DNA of 64,000 nucleotides. It comes from Spirochaetales bacterium (lineage in GTDB: Bacteria > Spirochaetota > Spirochaetia > JABEVK01). Under the pieces are notes generated by a model. The model was not told the DNA's origin, did no database searches, and saw only the letters and a list, made by a program, of their open reading frames with translations. Made by a program: the position numbers and the translations under genes. Below, in pieces: positions 36,008 through 46,573 of this stretch; positions within the stretch are counted from its first letter, which is position 1; each line of letters begins with the position of its first letter. The DNA lies in contig JABEVK010000004.1 in assembly GCA_013044245.1 (NCBI GenBank), forward strand, positions 1,842 to 65,841, read 5' to 3'.

Positions 36008-39000
36008 ATGAAGTTGAATCTTTTGGGAAAAATTGCCTTAGGCTTAGTCGTTTGGGGTCTAGGATCACCGTTATGGGGCATGGGGACTCAAGAAAAAGAC
36101 TTTCACAAGGTTCAAGGCAACGAGAACTGGACCTACACGTTCAACGTCAAGGATAAAAAGCCCGGACAGTATAACATTCTGGTGCGAGCAAAGGATATTG
36201 CCGGTAACACCTCGTTTGCCGGCCCTTACGACGTTTTTATAGACCCAAGAGCAAATTTACCGCAGTCAAGTGTGCTCATCCCAGTGGACGCTCAAAGGGT
36301 AGGCGGAGATATCAACATTTTGGGGGCGACCACGGGCGGCGAGGGAGCTAGTAAGGTCGAGATTCGGATTGACAATGGTAAATGGGAGGGCGTAACCGGT
36401 TCAAGCTTCTGGTCTTACTTTTGGAAAACCGCCGATGTCGCAGATGGAACGCATATCATTGAATCGCGAGCTACCGATTCGCAGGGGCTGACTGGGCCGA
36501 TTAGTAAAGTGACGTTTTTTCTTGACCGAAAAGAACCTGCCATTTCTGTGCTCAATCATCCCAGTGGTTCTTTAGTAGCGGGAAACGTTGATCTTAACGG
36601 TCAAGTGACCAATATGAACGGCGTTAAATCGTTGATGGTCAGCTTTGACGGCAAAAAAACTTTTCAGCAGGTTTCACTCGATGGGGATGAGCATCAGACC
36701 AAGCGAAACTGGCATTTGTCGTTAAACTCTACACAATATCATGACGGACCTTTGATTCTGTGGTTTGAATCCAAAAATACGCTTAACTCAGAAGGAAGTT
36801 TAGCCTACCTCCTCTTTATTGATAATACGCCACCCAAAATTACCTTGCTGAGCCCTTCAGCGAAAAGTACTGTTCATGGCGAGCTTCATTTAGTAGGCCG
36901 TGTCGAAGCTCCTATGGGGGTTAAAACGTTGAGTTTTCGGGTGAACGGCGGAAAAAAAATTCTGATTCCCATTATTGCAGGGGATCCCTATTTTTCTGCT
37001 GAATCCGATGTTGGTTCTTTACCGCCCTCTACACTCTCGGTGAATTTTGAGGCTGTCGACCCCTTGGGGAATATTGGCAAACTGGACGTTCCGCTCAACT
37101 TAGACCCCGCACAAGGCTACCCTCATTTGACCATTGATCAGACGTTGTATTCAAAACAGTTGATGGCTCCACTTTATGTTGAAGGAAGCGAAACTTGGGA
37201 ATATGGAAATCCCAGCGTTATCTACACATTAAATGGAGGTCCTGAAGTTCAGGTGGCCACAGGACCTGTCTTTCGTTTTGAAGTGCCGCATGTGGTATCG
37301 GGAGTCAATCATGTGACCCTTTGGCCGGTGGATGGCAAAGGTCAACGAGGACCAGCGGTCAAACTCAAGGTGGAAGTTGCGTTGGGGGCACCGCAAATTT
37401 CTGTCAACCAGCTTCAACAAGCAGGTAGCACTTTGCCCTATTCGGCTGGGGTGAGACTGCGAATTGATCAAAACCCGGTGCTTTTAGGAAAGGTTGACGC
37501 GGACAACCCGCTAAAATCGGTAATTTGGACGGTAGGCAACTTACCAGCAGTGTCTTTAGCCCTAACACCTGGAAGTCACACACTTTCGCTGACGTTGCCT
37601 TTGCCTAACAATACTCCTTTTGGGTTCGTTCCCGTGCAAGTAGATGTGGTCGATACCCGGGGTAAAACGCAAGTCTGGAAGTCTTTTGTCTGGATGGAGG
37701 ACCTGGGAAAACCCTTTGGACCTAAGGGGTTGAGCTTTCCAGAAGTGGGTTCACAGCCGGTGGTGATTACGCCACAAAAACCGTTGTTGGGCTGGTTCCA
37801 AGGAGCAGTTCCCAAAAGGGTGGAGTTCCATGGAGCGGCTCGGGATGTGCTTACTGCACAAGTGGAAGGACAACGAATTATCATAAAACCCACAGCCAGC
37901 CAAGACTTGGGTAAGGTCACTTTGGTCGTTTTTGACGACAAAAACCGATCTACGGAGGCGACTCTTGGCTCGGTGATTGCGGTCACGGGACCTCCTACCT
38001 TGAAAATTGTTACACCGCAAGAGGGGTCTTGGGTCCCCGGACGAGTTGAGGTTTCCTGTGACGCCAACAGCCCCTTGTCAGGCCTAAAAGTTTCGGCCAG
38101 CTGGGATGATGTTCACTGGGTTAGTTTGAATTCTACCGGTTCTCACTGGAAAGCCGAGCTTTCTACTCTACCAAATCAGGCACAGTTGCTAACCGTTAAA
38201 GCGGAGGATGCTGCGGGACAAACAGTCTATGAGCGCCTAGCCGTAAGAGCGGTTACAACTCCTCCTATCATTGTGTTCTCATCTGTTCCCGCTATGCCGC
38301 CCTCTCCTGGCGAGGTCCTCGTTAGTGGTCAAGTAACGACCACGGATCCCTTGGCGCTTCTTCAAGCAACAGTGGGGGGCAAGGTCGTGAGTTTGCCTCT
38401 TTCTGCAAATTTTGTATTTCCGGCAGATCCATCCCAACCTATTGTCGTAAAAGCGGTAGATCAAATGGGGAATACGTCTCAGTCCAAGTGGTCACCTCCT
38501 CCAGTGTTACCCGCTGGACAAACCTTAAACCCTCAAATTGTCATCGTTACTCCGGGAACTACGGCGCCCTCAACCTCGGGAGAAATTCTCATCGTGGGGC
38601 GAATGGTGGGCTTTTCCACGCTACCAAGCTTGTCAGGTTCGTGGGGAAGTGGGTGGGGTAATAACCCAACCTTCCCGGTTAAGGTAGACGCTCAGGGATG
38701 GTTTAGTTTGTTATGGAAACCAGGTCAACAACCCTCGCTGCATTTGAGTGCGACACTGGGGAAGCTACAGGTCGATCAGCAAGTCAATCTACCCTTTGAC
38801 CCACAAGCTGACTCTCCAACGGTACAATATTCGGGGTCAACAGGCGCCATCAGCTCTGCCGATTTTGCCTTGGCTCTCAATGGAAAGGGAAAAGCTGTGA
38901 CCTGGAAGCTAGACGGGGGTAACCCTGTTTCGATACCGGGGTACCCTGGTGTTTTTCACCTCAACTTGCCTCAATTAGCGCCGGGTAAACATGAGATCGA

Positions 39001-42000
39001 TGTTGCTGGTGTCAATACACAGGGTTCTCCAGGAGACTTTACGACGATTACTTTTCGTCTCAAAGAGAGCATCGTTCCTCCGCCCATTTTTGACTTACCC
39101 TTGGGTGCCGAGGTTGCTTCAACAACAGCGTCGGTGACAGGCTCGGTGGCCATGCAGACACCGCAAACGGCCAGCTATTTTGTTGGGCCTCCTTCATCTA
39201 CACGGTCGTGGCTTCCGCTAAACTTTACAACACAAAACGGCAAGCAAAGCTTCTCGATTCCCTTGCTTTCAAGTTTGCCTTATGGACGTTTAAATATCTG
39301 GGTCAAATTTGTTAACCAAGATGGTGTAGTCTCGGAAGTAGAAACTTGGGTTCATAAAATCTGGCCCATAAAAGTTTCGGATGATAGCACCGAAGGGTTG
39401 CGATGGAATGATGCCCACTTAACAGAATCGAATGAAATTCATTTAGCGACGGGCGGAGTTTTTCCTCTTGCCTTCTATGGACGTGACTTACAAAGTGTGA
39501 GGCTTATTCCCAGCGATACGCCAGTGAAACTGAATCGTCAAGGAACTCAGTTTAGCCTATCGTCGGAACAAGATGGGGTGTGGGGACCTGTCCGTGTTGA
39601 GGTCACTACCGTTGATGGCGATGTTTTTCGATCAAAACCGTGGACTTTTTTTGTGGGCAGTCAAGGACCGGCGATTTCCGTTAACGAGCCTGTCAATGGT
39701 GCATGGGTTCGCGACACCTTAGTGGTTTCTGGCTCCTCGTTATCGATTCCCGGCATCAAAATCGCACAGTACAGCGTTGATCGTGGAAGCACCTGGCACA
39801 GTATTCGTTTACGTGATGAACAACAGCAAAACGGTAAAATTGACCAGAAATTTCACTTCGAGATTCCCTTTGGTAAGGATCTACCGCAGGGCTTAGTTCC
39901 TGTGTGGGTTGCCATGCAGGATCGTACCGGTGTGCTGTCACAAAAAGTTGTGGTTGTGGACCATGACTCGCTTGATCCGGAGTTCCAGCTCATCACACCT
40001 CCCGTCAGTGTTAAGGTAATTGGTAAAACTACCATTGTCGGAAATGCGCAGGCTCCGGGCGGAAGAATGAAATTGGTGGAGTGGTCCTCGGATGGCAAAC
40101 ATTTCGAAGCCGCTAAAGGGACAAACTTTTTTCAGTGGCTTACCGACTTTTCTTCGTATGATCCGTTGCCGAAAGGTTTTTATATCAGGCTACGTGATGA
40201 AGCAGGGAATGTTGTTACAAAAGAGTTACATTTTCCCGTCGATGTTGAAGCTCGTAAACCTGTGGTTCAAATTCAGACCCCCGACGAAGGCCAGATTATT
40301 CGTTCAGATTTTCTCTTTTCGGGTATGGCATTTGACTACGCAGGGGTTAAGTCGATCACGTGGCGTCTAGATTCTGGCCCTTGGACAACGCAAGAAGTTA
40401 AGAATGGCTTTAGCGTTCCGATCTCGTTAGATTCTTTAACGGACAATGCACATACCTTTGAAGTATATGCGACAAATATTTATGGCAATGTCGGTAACGT
40501 TTCAAAACGGTTATTCAAGGTGTCATTAAGTGAACCCGTGGCGCTCGTGGCTGAACCAACGTTGGGGGCGACTCAGCGCCAATCCATCGTATTTCAGGGA
40601 GCAAGTTTTGACCGCAATGGCATCGCCAAGGTCGAAATTTCGACCGATAACGGCAAAACCTGGAACCATGCGGAGCTTCAAGACCAGGAAACTTGGCTGA
40701 AGACCTCGCCGCCGGTTTTAGCGAAAGAATACTTTAACAAGCCTGAATGGCGAAAACAGTGGACTTGGGCGTTTGATACGCAATCTTTGCAAGATGGAAC
40801 CTATTCTTTCCTGATACGGTCTACGGACTCCTATGGAACGGTAGGAATTTCCTCCACCTTGGTTTCTATTGATAATACCCCTCCGGTCCTCGAATTATCA
40901 CGACCGTTGGATGGGGAAGGCTTTTCGGGGGGCTTACACCTTGAGGGACGAGTCACTGACAACGGTATTCTTCGCGCTGTTCATGCAGAGATTCGTCCTC
41001 TTTCGAGTCCTACCGAGTCAGTTCAGGCGGGACCTCCACTGTTAGAATATGATTTACCCCTGACCCGTACCTTTACATTTGATGCGAAACCCAAGGATTT
41101 ACGTCCCGGTTGGTACAATGTAAGGGTTGAGGCCGTAGATTCCGCCGGAAACATTACGAGAATTGCTCGCAACATCCGTTGGGAAAAATCTAAAGTCCTC
41201 GACCGTGCCGACTTGTTGTACCCGCTCTCCGGGCAAACTCAGGTAGGAAAGATAGACATTCTTGGTCACTATGTGGGTGTAGGCGCCCCACAAAAGGCTG
41301 AAATACTCCTTGATGGCCAAACGGTGTTGATGACAAATATTACTAAGGCTGGCTATTTCCACGCCATACTCACTGCTAAAGAGGTTACCAAGGGCTCTCA
41401 TGTTATTTCAGCCCGGATTCAGCTTCCCGATGGAAGGTCCATTCTTTCAGAGGCAAGATCAATTTTGTTTGATCCTTTTGGACCTTGGGTCACCGTAGAT
41501 AGTCCTAGTTCAGGAGATTTCATCTCAACGCGACCTTGGATAGAAGGTCAGTCCGGGTGGGCTTTGCCACCATTGCCCAAAACAGCGACAAATCATCAGA
41601 AGGACGAGCGAAACCAATTCTTGAATGATCATCAAGTCGTGTCGGTGTCCTATTCGTTGGATGATGGAAAGACCTTTATTTCGGCTGACGGCAACACGCA
41701 ATGGAAATTCCGCTTAGAAAACCTAGGTTTTCCGGATGGGCCTCTGCCGATTCTGGTTCGAGCCATCTTTAGAGATGGCACGTTGGCTTATACCAACCTC
41801 TATGTCACCCAAGATCAGACGCCACCTCGAGTTGTGATTCTTGAACCGATCGAGAATGCAAGTTTTCGCCGTGAAATTCCTGTGGCGGGATGGGCGACAG
41901 ATAATTATCAATTATCTTCGGTGAAGGTCGCGCTGCGGACAGGAAATAAGCATAATTACGAAGTTCCCTCTTTTATCCAGGGCCTTTACACCGATGCTGA

Positions 42001-42442
42001 CATCTGGGGGGCTACCTACTGGGCCACCGGTGTAGGACTCACCTTCTTTAACGACAACGTCAAAATTCAAGCGATGATTGCTCAAGCTCCCGATGGTCGC
42101 TTTAGTGGTATGGTCTCGGGTGCGAAGTTAATCGCCAATATTGCTCGCATACCTTTCTCGTACTTTTTAGGACCCGATTGGGATTGGTTCTCGATGTCGG
42201 TGGGGGTTGGCGCCAATTTCTCGTACTTCTCGATGGGGGCTCCTTTGTTCAATTACAGCCAAGGGGTGTTTTTAGGCTCTGTATTGGGCCAGTGGGAGTT
42301 CGCGAAAATCTCTTTCGCAGACAATGAATTCTTTAAGTATATTTCGCTGTATTCCGAAATGACGGCATGGTTCATCTCGTCAGATGTTTTTCCCTCTACG
42401 GAATTAAAATTGTCTGGAGGAATTCGGATTGGATTGTTCTAA
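36008..42442 (+). CDS. giant surface protein with tandem Ig-like (BIG-type) domains and a C-terminal beta-barrel-like region
   Basis: A 2144-aa ORF with signal peptide. It has dozens of roughly 90-aa beta-rich repeats (V.G....D..G...V.V.IDG...). The last ~200 aa are Gly/aromatic-rich and end in ...GIRIGLF. Confidence 0.7.
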   Translation: MKLNLLGKIALGLVVWGLGSPLWGMGTQEKDFHKVQGNENWTYTFNVKDKKPGQYNILVRAKDIAGNTSFAGPYDVFIDPRANLPQSSVLIPVDAQRVGGDINILGATTGGEGASKVEIRIDNGKWEGVTGSSFWSYFWKTADVADGTHIIESRATDSQGLTGPISKVTFFLDRKEPAISVLNHPSGSLVAGNVDLNGQVTNMNGVKSLMVSFDGKKTFQQVSLDGDEHQTKRNWHLSLNSTQYHDGPLILWFESKNTLNSEGSLAYLLFIDNTPPKITLLSPSAKSTVHGELHLVGRVEAPMGVKTLSFRVNGGKKILIPIIAGDPYFSAESDVGSLPPSTLSVNFEAVDPLGNIGKLDVPLNLDPAQGYPHLTIDQTLYSKQLMAPLYVEGSETWEYGNPSVIYTLNGGPEVQVATGPVFRFEVPHVVSGVNHVTLWPVDGKGQRGPAVKLKVEVALGAPQISVNQLQQAGSTLPYSAGVRLRIDQNPVLLGKVDADNPLKSVIWTVGNLPAVSLALTPGSHTLSLTLPLPNNTPFGFVPVQVDVVDTRGKTQVWKSFVWMEDLGKPFGPKGLSFPEVGSQPVVITPQKPLLGWFQGAVPKRVEFHGAARDVLTAQVEGQRIIIKPTASQDLGKVTLVVFDDKNRSTEATLGSVIAVTGPPTLKIVTPQEGSWVPGRVEVSCDANSPLSGLKVSASWDDVHWVSLNSTGSHWKAELSTLPNQAQLLTVKAEDAAGQTVYERLAVRAVTTPPIIVFSSVPAMPPSPGEVLVSGQVTTTDPLALLQATVGGKVVSLPLSANFVFPADPSQPIVVKAVDQMGNTSQSKWSPPPVLPAGQTLNPQIVIVTPGTTAPSTSGEILIVGRMVGFSTLPSLSGSWGSGWGNNPTFPVKVDAQGWFSLLWKPGQQPSLHLSATLGKLQVDQQVNLPFDPQADSPTVQYSGSTGAISSADFALALNGKGKAVTWKLDGGNPVSIPGYPGVFHLNLPQLAPGKHEIDVAGVNTQGSPGDFTTITFRLKESIVPPPIFDLPLGAEVASTTASVTGSVAMQTPQTASYFVGPPSSTRSWLPLNFTTQNGKQSFSIPLLSSLPYGRLNIWVKFVNQDGVVSEVETWVHKIWPIKVSDDSTEGLRWNDAHLTESNEIHLATGGVFPLAFYGRDLQSVRLIPSDTPVKLNRQGTQFSLSSEQDGVWGPVRVEVTTVDGDVFRSKPWTFFVGSQGPAISVNEPVNGAWVRDTLVVSGSSLSIPGIKIAQYSVDRGSTWHSIRLRDEQQQNGKIDQKFHFEIPFGKDLPQGLVPVWVAMQDRTGVLSQKVVVVDHDSLDPEFQLITPPVSVKVIGKTTIVGNAQAPGGRMKLVEWSSDGKHFEAAKGTNFFQWLTDFSSYDPLPKGFYIRLRDEAGNVVTKELHFPVDVEARKPVVQIQTPDEGQIIRSDFLFSGMAFDYAGVKSITWRLDSGPWTTQEVKNGFSVPISLDSLTDNAHTFEVYATNIYGNVGNVSKRLFKVSLSEPVALVAEPTLGATQRQSIVFQGASFDRNGIAKVEISTDNGKTWNHAELQDQETWLKTSPPVLAKEYFNKPEWRKQWTWAFDTQSLQDGTYSFLIRSTDSYGTVGISSTLVSIDNTPPVLELSRPLDGEGFSGGLHLEGRVTDNGILRAVHAEIRPLSSPTESVQAGPPLLEYDLPLTRTFTFDAKPKDLRPGWYNVRVEAVDSAGNITRIARNIRWEKSKVLDRADLLYPLSGQTQVGKIDILGHYVGVGAPQKAEILLDGQTVLMTNITKAGYFHAILTAKEVTKGSHVISARIQLPDGRSILSEARSILFDPFGPWVTVDSPSSGDFISTRPWIEGQSGWALPPLPKTATNHQKDERNQFLNDHQVVSVSYSLDDGKTFISADGNTQWKFRLENLGFPDGPLPILVRAIFRDGTLAYTNLYVTQDQTPPRVVILEPIENASFRREIPVAGWATDNYQLSSVKVALRTGNKHNYEVPSFIQGLYTDADIWGATYWATGVGLTFFNDNVKIQAMIAQAPDGRFSGMVSGAKLIANIARIPFSYFLGPDWDWFSMSVGVGANFSYFSMGAPLFNYSQGVFLGSVLGQWEFAKISFADNEFFKYISLYSEMTAWFISSDVFPSTELKLSGGIRIGLF

Positions 42443-42504
42443 ACCCCGAATTGTTTGAAATAATCTTGCGTTAATTTTTTTTCGAACGAAGGACAGTTCT
42501 CGGA

Positions 42505-42541
42505 AATCCCCAGCTTGTTTATGATTTCACAGGCTGGGGAT
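42505..42541. terminator. inverted repeat (possible bidirectional terminator) between convergent genes
   Basis: ATCCCCAGC ... GCTGGGGAT is a 9-bp perfect stem around a 19-nt loop. A T8 run lies just upstream on the + strand. The hairpin is non-canonical, with a long loop and no trailing U-tract. Confidence 0.3.
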
Positions 42542-42547
42542 CACGAG

Positions 42548-43339
42548 TTACGGTTTTAACAGGCTTGCTTTGAGTTCTTTTGCGTGTTCATTATTAAACA
42601 CCAAAAGGTATTGCTGAATATCTCCGAACCATTTTTTTTGCACCTGACAGGCTTCTTTACCGATATACCGGAAATGCCAAGGTTCCCACATATACCCGGT
42701 GACGCTTTCAAGACCTTGAGGGTAACTCAGAGAAAACCCAAACTCCTCGGCATGAGCGTCCATCCATTTTCCTTCGGCGGTCTTGGCAAATTCTGGTGTT
42801 ATAGAGCCAAAGTCAGCGGCTAACCCCAACTGATGTTGACTTTGCCCCGGTCTAGCCGAATACCTTTCTGCGGTAGCCAAGCCATCCTCGTTAACATAGT
42901 GTTGAAAGAGATAACGTTGGTATGCCCAAGAGCGATAGCAGGAGGAAAATTTTAAACGCACCCCGTCCTTGCGGGCAGATCGGCTCATTTCCAAAAGTAC
43001 GGGCACGATTTCTTTGCGCATTTCTTCGGTGGGACGTGAAGTGTAAAGACCATAGCGGCTTAACCGCACTAAATCCCGGGGAGCATAGGTCTCGGGAAGG
43101 GCATGACCCTTGTCAACCAATACCATTTGATCCCAGGGGAGTGACAGCAAAGGTTTGTAATCCTCGAGAAACTCCCTAGGGTGGGCTAAGATAGGACCAG
43201 CTATACTGGGAGGCAGATCCGCCACCCAGGCTGTCAGCTGACCGAGAGATATTCTGAATGTTGGGTCAGGGGCAGACTGAGCCCAAAGAGCCCCGCTCAA
43301 GGCCAGACTCGCGATAACGAAAGATGAGAATTTACGCAT
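42548..43339 (-). CDS. D-Ala-D-Ala carboxypeptidase, peptidase M15B (VanY-like), secreted
   Basis: Signal peptide; SCYRSWAYQ, SQHQLGLAADF and EPWHFRY are the VanY/M15 zinc-binding motifs. Confidence 0.75.
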   Translation of the reverse strand: MRKFSSFVIASLALSGALWAQSAPDPTFRISLGQLTAWVADLPPSIAGPILAHPREFLEDYKPLLSLPWDQMVLVDKGHALPETYAPRDLVRLSRYGLYTSRPTEEMRKEIVPVLLEMSRSARKDGVRLKFSSCYRSWAYQRYLFQHYVNEDGLATAERYSARPGQSQHQLGLAADFGSITPEFAKTAEGKWMDAHAEEFGFSLSYPQGLESVTGYMWEPWHFRYIGKEACQVQKKWFGDIQQYLLVFNNEHAKELKASLLKP

Positions 43340-43369
43340 TCCTTAAGATGGAATAATCCCACTTAGTCG

Positions 43370-45766
43370 TCAAGCATCTCCCTTTTTCTTGGCACGAAGC
43401 TCGTTGAGATTCACTCCCAACATGATCTCGAGGACTTCTTCCATACGGTTAATGGGTTTAAATTCTAGCCCCTTACGAATATAATCTGGAATTTCCTCCC
43501 AATCTTTTTCATTAGATTTGGGGAACAAAATTGTTTTGACACCACTACGTCGGGCAGCAATCACTTTTTCCTTTAGGCCGCCAATGGGCATGACTTTACC
43601 GGTTAACGAGAGCTCGCCAGTCATGGCGGTTTTAGAAAGCACAACTTTGCCCATGGCTAAGGAAGCTAAGGCTGTTGCCATGGTTACCCCAGCTGAAGGC
43701 CCGTCTTTGGGTGTGGCCCCTTCGGGAATATGCAAGTGTACCGACCAACGGTCAAAGAAAGCCTCGCTTATTCCTAGTACCTTAGCGTGGGCATGAACCC
43801 AGGTGTAGGCAATTTGAGCGCTTTCTTTCATCACGTCTCCCATTCGCCCCGTCAGCCGAATACCCCCTTTGCCCGGTGTTCTTACGGCTTCAATGATCAA
43901 GACCGCACCACCATAGCTTGTCCAGGCTAAACCCATAACCATGCCGGGACTTACCAAAGGAATTTCTTCTTCTTCGGGAAAGGAAGGGCGACCGAGATAT
44001 TCTTCTAACGAAGTGGAGTCCACGGTCAACGGTAAGGGAACATTTTCAGTCACAACTTTTAACGCCAATTTCCGGTGGATGCGGTCAAGAGCTTTTTCAA
44101 AGTTTCGCATCCCGGCTTCTCGAGCGTAGTGGCGACTAATTTCCGAAAGCGTTTTTTTGGAATATTTGACGTTATTTTTGCCCAAACCTGCGGCTTCCAG
44201 GCTTTTGGGGATGAGGTACTTTTGGGCAATGGCAACTTTTTCTTCTTCGATATAGCCTGAAAGTCGGATAATTTCCATACGGTCAAGGAGGGGGCGCGGG
44301 ATAGTATCCAGGGCATTAGCGGTGGCTATAAACAAGACATGCGAAATATCAAAGGGAAGATCGACGTAATGATCCCTAAAATTAATATTTTGCTCAGGAT
44401 CAAGAACCTCCAACAGAGCGCTCGAAGGATCTCCTTGATAGCTCGACCCGAGTTTATCAATCTCATCAATCATAAAAACAGGGTTTCGTGTCCCAGTAAT
44501 CTTGAGCCCTTGAATGATCTTGCCAGGCATTGCTCCAACATAGGTTCGCCTGTGCCCTTTGATCTCAGCCTCATCTCGCATGCCGCCTACACTAAAGCGA
44601 AAGAAGGGGCGTTTTAGAGCCTTGGCGATGGATTTTCCTATACTGGTCTTACCCACACCGGGGGGACCTAAGAGTAAAACGATGGATCCTTTACTGTCAC
44701 TTTTGAGTTTTTTTATCGCCAGGAATTCTAAAATTCGTTTTTTGACATCCTCAAGACCGTAATGATCTTGGTCAAGAACTCGTTTGGCGTAAGCCATATC
44801 TACCATTTCGAGGGCTTCTTGCTTCCACGGGAGCGAGCAAATCGTTTCGAGATAATTTCTTGTCACGATAAATTCGCTAGAATTCGGGTCCATGAGCGCA
44901 AATTTTTCAAGCTCGGAGGTAACGGTTTCTTTCAGTTCGCCACTAAACTGAAACGACTCAATTTTTTCTTTGAATTTTTGGTAATCGGACGTTTTGGCAT
45001 CCGAGGTAATTCCTAATTCCTTCTGAATGGTTTTTAGTTCTTCACGAAGAAAGAACTCGCGTTGATTTTTTTCGAGCTTTTCGTTGATCTGCTTCGAAAT
45101 CTTTTTTTGAAGCTTAACTAACTCCTGTTCTTTTTTAATCGCGAGAAGAACATGTTGCATCCGTTCGCGAACATCCAAGGTTTCGAGAAGTTTTTGCTGT
45201 TCGTCTTTGTTGATATTGAGAATACTGGCTATGAAATCGGTGAGCTTGCCTGGTTGATCAATATTGACCATGTTCAGACGCATTTCTTCAGAAAACAGGG
45301 GATTATTTTCTGATAGTGTTTTCATGTCCGCAAAGATCGAACGCGTAAGCGCTTTGATTTCCTGTGAAAATTTTTCGTCTATAATTTCATCTAAATATTC
45401 AACGGCCGCTGTTCGAAACGGGTCTTCGGTGAGCATCTTTTTAATTTGGAAGCGCTTGAGCGTAGTCACAAAAATATTGACGCCACCATCTGGCAAATTG
45501 ATTTTTTTCAGAATTTTGGCGGCGGTTCCAATATCGTAAAGGACTTCAGGTGCATCCTCTTGCTCCGAGTTTGCTTCTTGGCGAACAAGAACCAAGCCCA
45601 AGACTTTTGCGCCGCTCATGGCATCTTCCACAACGGCGACATCAGCAGGATCGGTGATCATCAAAGGGGTAAAGATCCCCGGGAAGATTGGTCGCATTTC
45701 TAGCGGAACAAGCGACAGCTTGTTAGGTAATAACTGGTCGGCAGGGATTAACGGGTTGTCACTCAT
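43370..45766 (-). CDS. lon: ATP-dependent Lon protease
   Basis: Lon N-domain, Walker A (GPPGVGKTS) and protease Ser motif (DGPSAG). Length is 798 aa. Confidence 0.9.
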   Translation of the reverse strand: MSDNPLIPADQLLPNKLSLVPLEMRPIFPGIFTPLMITDPADVAVVEDAMSGAKVLGLVLVRQEANSEQEDAPEVLYDIGTAAKILKKINLPDGGVNIFVTTLKRFQIKKMLTEDPFRTAAVEYLDEIIDEKFSQEIKALTRSIFADMKTLSENNPLFSEEMRLNMVNIDQPGKLTDFIASILNINKDEQQKLLETLDVRERMQHVLLAIKKEQELVKLQKKISKQINEKLEKNQREFFLREELKTIQKELGITSDAKTSDYQKFKEKIESFQFSGELKETVTSELEKFALMDPNSSEFIVTRNYLETICSLPWKQEALEMVDMAYAKRVLDQDHYGLEDVKKRILEFLAIKKLKSDSKGSIVLLLGPPGVGKTSIGKSIAKALKRPFFRFSVGGMRDEAEIKGHRRTYVGAMPGKIIQGLKITGTRNPVFMIDEIDKLGSSYQGDPSSALLEVLDPEQNINFRDHYVDLPFDISHVLFIATANALDTIPRPLLDRMEIIRLSGYIEEEKVAIAQKYLIPKSLEAAGLGKNNVKYSKKTLSEISRHYAREAGMRNFEKALDRIHRKLALKVVTENVPLPLTVDSTSLEEYLGRPSFPEEEEIPLVSPGMVMGLAWTSYGGAVLIIEAVRTPGKGGIRLTGRMGDVMKESAQIAYTWVHAHAKVLGISEAFFDRWSVHLHIPEGATPKDGPSAGVTMATALASLAMGKVVLSKTAMTGELSLTGKVMPIGGLKEKVIAARRSGVKTILFPKSNEKDWEEIPDYIRKGLEFKPINRMEEVLEIMLGVNLNELRAKKKGDA

Positions 45767-45832
45767 GAGCTGAATTTAGAAAAAAAAAGGTACTTAGGGC
45801 AAGTGTTCTCGAAAAATATGCTAAATTAAACT

Positions 45833-46558
45833 GTGTCTGAACGACGATTTTTTCTTGAGGTGTTAATCCTTAAAACCTATCCCGTTGGCGAAACTCATCG
45901 TGGGCTTTTTGTCCTATCGCGTGAAAAAGGTACCCTTTCGTTGATAGCGTTCGGGGCTCAGAGTCCGCGTAGCCGCTTTCGTGCTTTATTGACTCCCTTG
46001 AGGCGGGTAAAAGTCTCGGTATTCCATGATCCCGTTAAGGATTCTTACAAAATTGAAGAGGCAGAGCTTCTGGATTCCCATGAGGGGTTGGCCCATGATC
46101 CGCAACGGTTCTTTTCAGCGGCCCGATGGGCTGATCTACTTCGTCGCGTACCTTCTCTTGAGACGGGTTCGTATGACTTACTATCTGAGTCACTTCGTTT
46201 AGCGTGTGGCGTTTCTCAAGAAAGGCTCGTTCGTCTTGAAATACAATTTTTGTGGAGACTTGCCGAAGAATCAGGTTTGAGACCAGAATTTTTGAACTGT
46301 GACGGTTGCGGTGCCACGTTGTTCGGGAGTAGTGTGAGCTTTTCCACGAATCCCGTCGCGGTATTTTGTCCTCGATGTTCGTCCGGCCACTGGACGTTAA
46401 GCCTAAAAGAAGTGGATTATTTGACCGCGACCGCGGTTCTTTCGCTGGAAGACAGCCTCCAGGCACCTACCGAAGGCTCTTCGTTAGAACATCTGAGGTC
46501 TATGGCTTTTGACCTATGGAGTCAGGTCTTGGGCCAAGAACTTCCCCGTTATGGTTAA
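45833..46558 (+). CDS. recO: DNA repair protein RecO
   Basis: N-terminal OB fold and C-terminal zinc site CDGCG...CPRCS. Length is 241 aa. Sits in the conserved recO position of a repair operon. Confidence 0.7.
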   Translation: MSERRFFLEVLILKTYPVGETHRGLFVLSREKGTLSLIAFGAQSPRSRFRALLTPLRRVKVSVFHDPVKDSYKIEEAELLDSHEGLAHDPQRFFSAARWADLLRRVPSLETGSYDLLSESLRLACGVSQERLVRLEIQFLWRLAEESGLRPEFLNCDGCGATLFGSSVSFSTNPVAVFCPRCSSGHWTLSLKEVDYLTATAVLSLEDSLQAPTEGSSLEHLRSMAFDLWSQVLGQELPRYG

Positions 46559-46573
46559 GGGGCTGAAGGAGGG

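Noticed and set aside
37576-38067. 163-aa minus-strand ORF inside the giant Ig-repeat gene
   Set aside because: Embedded antisense in a 6.4-kb ORF with consistent repeat architecture. No start or RBS context.
42505-42541. Canonical rho-independent terminator call for the giant gene/VanY junction
   Set aside because: The 9-bp inverted repeat is real, but the loop is 19 nt and no U-tract follows on either strand. Kept only as a low-confidence inverted repeat.
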